Shown piece by piece: positions 58,906 through 64,000 of a stretch of DNA of 64,000 bases (position 1 is the first letter of the stretch; every line of letters starts with the position of its first letter). Where the stretch lies: assembly GCA_019058315.1 (NCBI GenBank), contig JAHPZH010000008.1, positions 1-64,000 of the forward strand, in the 5' to 3' direction. The notes under the pieces are model-generated. The model had not been told where the DNA came from. It ran no database searches and was given only the letters and a program-made list of their open reading frames with translations. Origin of the DNA: Candidatus Helarchaeota archaeon. GTDB lineage: Archaea > Asgardarchaeota > Lokiarchaeia > Helarchaeales > RDOG01. The translations under genes and the position numbers were made by a program.

Positions 58906-60381
58906 TTATATTCTTTTTTTTAATTGCTGTAATCTTTTTTCAACAATTTTATTCAAAATTCTAGGATCTGCCGTATGATTAGAGATTTCCATGACTTGTC
59001 CCACTAAAAATTTCACTGATTTTGGATGTTTTAGAGCGTCTTGAACAGCTTTGGGATGTTCTTGAAATATTTTTTCTACCAATTTCTCAATTTTCTTAGG
59101 ATCACTGATTCTATAAAGATTTTCTTCCTCAATTATTATTGCAGGGGGTTTTTCTGTCTTGATCATTTTTTCTAAGACATATTTGGCTGTTTTATTATGT
59201 ATAGTCCCCTCGTCAATTAAATTTAATAGTTTAATTAAATCATCTGATGTGATTTTAATTTCAGATATATCAAGATTTAGCTCATTTAACCTTCTCAATA
59301 GAGAATTTATTACCCAATCACTTACTTTTTTAAAATTCGAATATGATTTACAACATTCTTCATAAAAATCAGCTAATTTCTTACTACTCACTATTACTTC
59401 TGCGTTATAAGCCGGAAGTTCATACTCCTTTATCAATCTTATTTTTCTCTCATCAGGTAATTCTGGTAGATTTGATTTAATTTGGTCAATAAATTCTTGA
59501 GTAATATTTATTGGAGCAAGATCAGGTTCAGGAAAATAACGATAATCATGTTCTTCTTCTTTGGTCCTTAAAGAAATTGTCATTTTCCTTTTTTCATCCC
59601 AATGTCTTGTTTCTTGTGGTATTTCATGTTGAAATTTAATCGATTGTTCTTGTCTCCAAATTTCGTGGCTAAGTGCACGTTCCACATCTTTGAAACTTGA
59701 AATATTTTTTACTTCTACCCTATTCCCACCCATTAATGAAATGTTAGCATCGCATCTGATTGCCCCTTCTATACTACAATCTACTCCTAGATGTTCCATA
59801 ATCGATCTTAATTTTTGTAAAAAAGTTCTAGCTTCTCTTGGTGAGCTTAAAACAGGCTCCGTTACTACTTCTAATAGACAAATTCCTGCACGATTATAAT
59901 CCACTAAAGTATATGCAGCAGTGTCAATAGTTCCAGGATAAGTTAATCTACCAGGATCTTCCTCTATTTGCATTCTTGTAATGGTGATTTCCTTTTTATG
60001 AGTTTTCTTTTTATTTTTAACTTCTATAACAATTTCTCCTCCAGAAGAAATCGGAATTCCACCAGCTTTATCATATTGGGATATTTGAAAATTCTTTGGC
60101 ATATCGGGATAATAATAATTTTTGCGATAAAATAAAGTATGATGTGAAATTTTAGCGTTTAAAGCTAGACCAGTCATAATTGCATATTCTACTGCTTTTT
60201 TATTAAGTGATGGAAGTGATCCTGGTAAACCAAGGCAAACAGGACACATCAAACTATTTGGTGGTTTTCCCCTATAATCCGAACTACAACCGCAAAATAA
60301 TTTTGTTTTCAGATTAGTTAATTGAATGTGAACTTCTAATCCTATCATTACACCTAATTTTTCTAGCTCTTTTTTACTCAT
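58906..60381 (-). CDS. gatB: Asp/Glu-tRNA amidotransferase subunit B
   Basis: IGLEVH, TKLFC, CPVCLGLPG, RKNYYYPD, DYNRAG, RCDANIS, YRYFPEPDL; likely start ATG 60381. Confidence 0.95.
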   Translation of the reverse strand: MSKKELEKLGVMIGLEVHIQLTNLKTKLFCGCSSDYRGKPPNSLMCPVCLGLPGSLPSLNKKAVEYAIMTGLALNAKISHHTLFYRKNYYYPDMPKNFQISQYDKAGGIPISSGGEIVIEVKNKKKTHKKEITITRMQIEEDPGRLTYPGTIDTAAYTLVDYNRAGICLLEVVTEPVLSSPREARTFLQKLRSIMEHLGVDCSIEGAIRCDANISLMGGNRVEVKNISSFKDVERALSHEIWRQEQSIKFQHEIPQETRHWDEKRKMTISLRTKEEEHDYRYFPEPDLAPINITQEFIDQIKSNLPELPDERKIRLIKEYELPAYNAEVIVSSKKLADFYEECCKSYSNFKKVSDWVINSLLRRLNELNLDISEIKITSDDLIKLLNLIDEGTIHNKTAKYVLEKMIKTEKPPAIIIEEENLYRISDPKKIEKLVEKIFQEHPKAVQDALKHPKSVKFLVGQVMEISNHTADPRILNKIVEKRLQQLKKRI

Positions 60382-60394
60382 TGATACATTACCT

Positions 60395-61864
60395 CTATAA
60401 ATTGGGTTTTCTTTTATGAAATTCTGTATTTTGTTCAAATGTATAGGCAACTTTTAAAATAATTGGTTCAGCAAAGAAATTCCCTACAATTTGTAAACCT
60501 ATGGGTAATGAATCCTTTTTTGTAAATCCACATGGTATAGATATCGCAGGAACACCCGCAATATTTATAGGAACCGTGCAAATATCTGCTAAATACATAG
60601 ACAATGGATCTCTTATTTTTTCTCCTATTTTAAATGCAGGGAAAGGCATAGTTGGAGTTAATAAAACATCAAATTTTTTAAAAATCTCTTCAAAATCTCT
60701 TTTTATTAACGTTCGTACTTTTAACGCTTTTAAATAATAAGCATCGTAATAACCGGAGGAAAGAGCATAGGTTCCTAAAATGATTCTACGTCTTACCTCA
60801 GCTCCAAAACCAATTCTTCTATTTTCTGCATAGACCTTATTCCATTCATTAAAATCTTCATTTACCCTAAATCCATATCGCATTCCATCAAAACGAGCTA
60901 AATTTGAACTCGCTTCGGACATTGCAATAATATAATAGCAAGGTAATGCATAATTAATGTGAGGTAATGAAACTTCCTCGTAAGAGGCACCAAGCCCCTC
61001 TAATTTAGATATAGCATCCCACACCGCCTTTTTAACGTCTTCATTAATCCCTTCTCCTAGAAATTCTTTTGGTACTGCAATTTTGAGTTTGTTAACATCA
61101 TTTATTATAGAATCTAAATAATTTACTTTTGGACGATTTATAGTTGTATTATCATAAGGATCGTATCCAACCAAGTAATTTAATAATAATGCACAATCTT
61201 TTACATCCTTGGTAATAGGACCTATTTGTTCTAAACTACAAGCATAACTCACTAAACCATATCTTGAAATCATTCCATAAGTAGTCTTTATACCAACTGT
61301 ACTAGTAAAGCTTGCTGGGCATCTTATAGAACCTCCAGTATCACTTCCAAGAGCTAATATTGTTTCATTTGCCGCAACAGCCGAACCCGAACCTCCTGAA
61401 GAACCACCTGGAACTCGATTTATATCCCATGGGTTATAAGTTGGACCATAATAGCAACTTTCAGTTGAGCTGCCCATTGCAAATTCATCCATTCTAGTCT
61501 TACCTATGATGATTGAATCGGCTTGTTTTAGGCGAGCTACTACTGTTGCATCGTATACTGATATATAACTTTCTAAAATATGTGAGCCACAAGAAGTTTG
61601 TGTATTCAATACATTCATATTATCTTTTATCGCAATTGGTATGCCTGCTAAACCCCCAAATTTCTTTTTATTTTTAATCTTTTTATCAATCTCTTTCGCA
61701 GATGCTAAAGCTTCTTTTTTATGCAAAGAAGAATATCCATGGATTTTGTCTTCAACAGCCTCTATCCTTTGAAATATAGATTGGACTAATTCCGCAACTG
61801 AAATTTCTCCATTTTTGATCATATCTTGTAACTCATGAGCTGTTAGTTCATATAGATGTGTCAC
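60395..61864 (-). CDS. gatA: Asp/Glu-tRNA amidotransferase subunit A
   Basis: IAIKDN, MDEFAMGSS, PGGSSGGS, GSDTGGSIR, EASSNLARFDG, EVRRRIILGT. Confidence 0.96.
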   Translation of the reverse strand: MTHLYELTAHELQDMIKNGEISVAELVQSIFQRIEAVEDKIHGYSSLHKKEALASAKEIDKKIKNKKKFGGLAGIPIAIKDNMNVLNTQTSCGSHILESYISVYDATVVARLKQADSIIIGKTRMDEFAMGSSTESCYYGPTYNPWDINRVPGGSSGGSGSAVAANETILALGSDTGGSIRCPASFTSTVGIKTTYGMISRYGLVSYACSLEQIGPITKDVKDCALLLNYLVGYDPYDNTTINRPKVNYLDSIINDVNKLKIAVPKEFLGEGINEDVKKAVWDAISKLEGLGASYEEVSLPHINYALPCYYIIAMSEASSNLARFDGMRYGFRVNEDFNEWNKVYAENRRIGFGAEVRRRIILGTYALSSGYYDAYYLKALKVRTLIKRDFEEIFKKFDVLLTPTMPFPAFKIGEKIRDPLSMYLADICTVPINIAGVPAISIPCGFTKKDSLPIGLQIVGNFFAEPIILKVAYTFEQNTEFHKRKPNL

Positions 61865-62160
61865 TCTTTTACCTCCGTCATCCTAGGCGCTTTTATGAAA
61901 TCTTTTTCTTTCTTGGGTATGTTTTTAAAAATTTTCTCTTTTGTTAAAGAAGGTTTTACCTCATCGTCACGAAAAACATTGGAAATGTTTAAAACATGAA
62001 ATGTGGGATTAACGTCGTCTGTTTCTATCTCATCTAATTGTTTAAAAAAAGATAAAATATCATTAAATTGTTTAGTGAAAAGTTCTTTTTCATCTTCACT
62101 AAGTTTAATCCTACAAAGTTCTGCTATATGTTCTACTTCTTTTTTTGAAATTATTTTCAT
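61861..62160 (-). CDS. gatC: Asp/Glu-tRNA amidotransferase subunit C
   Basis: EVEHIAELCRI, FRDD, FIKAPR; overlaps gatA start; likely start ATG 62160. Confidence 0.92.
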   Translation of the reverse strand: MKIISKKEVEHIAELCRIKLSEDEKELFTKQFNDILSFFKQLDEIETDDVNPTFHVLNISNVFRDDEVKPSLTKEKIFKNIPKKEKDFIKAPRMTEVKE

Positions 62161-62265
62161 ATTAAGATCAATTTTTGTGATATATTTTTGAATACTTAAA
62201 TAAACAAACACATTATCTATTTATATCTAAATTGAATGAAAATCAAAATTTAAATTGTTAATAAG

Positions 62266-63171
62266 GTGATTTTTTTGTCTGATGAGATCTCTGAAGATGA
62301 TATGATTATTGAAGAAGATATGGAAGAAGAAGATGAAGATGAAGTATTTGAGGAAATTGTAGTAAATTTTTGGCGGACTGGATTTCACGATGCATCTTTT
62401 GGTATTAGACAATTAGATCAGTATCGTGCTCGAAGTAGACAGTGGAGTGCTGGAATGCAAGTAAGGGGAGATGTCACATTTAAAGAAAAAAAGGACAAAA
62501 AATATATTATAGGATTCAATGAAGAAGCTTGGGAAGAAGATGAGGACGGGAGATTAGCTAAAAAACATGGAAAGTTCGCAGATTTGAATAGCAGAGTTAT
62601 AATAAAACTATTCTCAGAACTTAAAGATAATAGAGGAGGAAATTGGGCTGGTTCTCTAGAATTATCAATCTTAGAATCTTTAGTTCTGACGATTGGAGAA
62701 AGAGTTGGGCCATTACCTGTATTTTATTTAATATTACCTAGATATCCTTACATAATTCGTTTAATTAGATCCCACACAAGAATGGGTCAGAGATACTGTT
62801 TCGCGCTCATAGATCATAAAGAGAAAGATCCGGTAAGAATTTTTGAAATTGAAAAGAAAATGGTTGCATTAGGCTTGGATTTCAGAGTTGAAGATTCTTT
62901 TACGGAAAAAGAGGTAGCTAAAGTTGACGGTAAACTTCTAGATATCGGTGGAAAATGGGTTATTCATATTAAAGATAAGGCTTTAAAAAACAATAGGATA
63001 TTTCGTCAGGTTGTAATTTTATTTGCATGTTTATGTAAATTTATAGAGGATGTAAATGAAAATATCAAAAATTTACACGAACAAGTGGTAAAAAAGAAAT
63101 ATAAATTTAGTCCTGACTATCATGAGAGAACTATGTTCTTAAATCCCCGTGTAGCAAGACGTAAAGCCTAA
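62266..63171 (+). CDS. Protein with acidic N-terminus and LURP-one/scramblase/tubby C-like beta-barrel
   Basis: FEIEKKMVALGLDFRVED...EVAKVDGKLLDIGGKWVIHI followed by hydrophobic helix VVILFACL, the LURP/scramblase pattern. Confidence 0.55.
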   Translation: MIFLSDEISEDDMIIEEDMEEEDEDEVFEEIVVNFWRTGFHDASFGIRQLDQYRARSRQWSAGMQVRGDVTFKEKKDKKYIIGFNEEAWEEDEDGRLAKKHGKFADLNSRVIIKLFSELKDNRGGNWAGSLELSILESLVLTIGERVGPLPVFYLILPRYPYIIRLIRSHTRMGQRYCFALIDHKEKDPVRIFEIEKKMVALGLDFRVEDSFTEKEVAKVDGKLLDIGGKWVIHIKDKALKNNRIFRQVVILFACLCKFIEDVNENIKNLHEQVVKKKYKFSPDYHERTMFLNPRVARRKA

Positions 63172-63340
63172 ATATTCTAAATATAATTCGACCTCAAATA
63201 TCTTTTTTTACTTATTTTCTAATTTTTGTTATTTTAATTAAGTTTGGTTACAATCTAAAAAATAATATAATAAAATTGTAGAAGTAGTAATAGAAAATCT
63301 TCATATTATCATTTGTTAGTTATTAAATGGAGTAAGGTAG

Positions 63341-64000
63341 ATGATTCACAACATAGCAATTATGAAAAAAATTACGGGTGGTTTCCTCTTCTATAAGGAT
63401 TATTGGAATCTTTATAAGGATTATACAAGTATTTTGAAGATTTTTACTGCTTATATTCCTTTTATTATGCGAAATGAAGAGGAAACAATAAAGATATTAA
63501 AACAAGGGGAAGAATTCGAATTTCATTTCGGAAATTATCAGTTAGTAGTAGTAGTATTTGGAGTTGATAGAGGAACTGATAAAGAAATGATTCGTGACTT
63601 TATGGAACGCATATCAAATAATATTAACATAATTTATGATTCCGAAGAAGCACTGATGAGTAAGGATCTCCCTCCAGGTATGGATCAATTTTCAAAAGAA
63701 ATTGAGCTTATGGTTCGTGCCTCACCTAATTATGAAGAGTTATATAAACTGGATAAGACAGTAGAACAAAGAATAAATATTACTCCTGCAAGCGAAGAGT
63801 TGAACCGACGTAATACTATGTTTGCTGAGCAGGGGTTTCAGTTAAAGAATGAATTTTTTTGTGAATTCACAGCAGATGATGACAAGATGCCTGTGGTTAC
63901 AAGGCCAAAATTTTATATGACCTCAAAAGCTGAATATAATCCTGATACTAGTAAAATTGAAGCAAAATCATATGAAATTAACGTAGATTTCCTTGAATAT
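63341..64000 (+). CDS. Partial gene (runs off window) with N-terminal longin-like domain
   Basis: MIHNIAIMKKITGGFLFYKDYW...EFHFGNYQLVVVVFGVDRGTDKEMIRDFMERISNNINIIY...QFSKEIELMV; beta-beta-alpha-beta3-alpha2 longin pattern; GGAG upstream; not in ORF track. Confidence 0.65.
   Translation, partial: MIHNIAIMKKITGGFLFYKDYWNLYKDYTSILKIFTAYIPFIMRNEEETIKILKQGEEFEFHFGNYQLVVVVFGVDRGTDKEMIRDFMERISNNINIIYDSEEALMSKDLPPGMDQFSKEIELMVRASPNYEELYKLDKTVEQRINITPASEELNRRNTMFAEQGFQLKNEFFCEFTADDDKMPVVTRPKFYMTSKAEYNPDTSKIEAKSYEINVDFLEY

Overview
AT-rich archaeal DNA, most consistent with an Asgard (Lokiarchaeia-like) genome. This is inferred from ftr, tungsten-type AOR, GatCAB, a NifB-like radical SAM, and Roadblock-, longin- and scramblase/LURP-like eukaryotic-signature proteins. 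Positions ~0.5-25.5 kb form a dense defence island. Its core is a tightly overlapping five-gene operon resembling class II DISARM (drmA-drmB-drmC-drmE), in which the expected DNA methyltransferase is absent and a cobalamin-binding radical SAM gene is translationally coupled instead. Around it lie repeat-sensor/enzyme-effector proteins: LRR-PNP nucleosidase-STAND NTPase-HEAT, TPR-HEPN, LRR-PD-(D/E)xK nuclease, and a metallophosphoesterase-STAND-LRR protein with NLR-like domain order. Two of these share a duplicated ~270-aa LRR module arranged as an inverted repeat around the DISARM-like operon. Positions ~26-56 kb are mostly housekeeping and nitrogen/amine metabolism (two GDHs, SucCD, Ftr, GlnA, NifB-like, AvtA-like, agmatinase, class III aminotransferase, AOR, MoaD). 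A small three-gene TGT-like/Panacea-like/degenerate Fic module sits just downstream of gatCAB. Several genes appear to start at ATA/ATT codons. No rRNA, tRNA, CRISPR array, integrase or transposase was seen. All family calls are from motif recognition by eye, not database searches.
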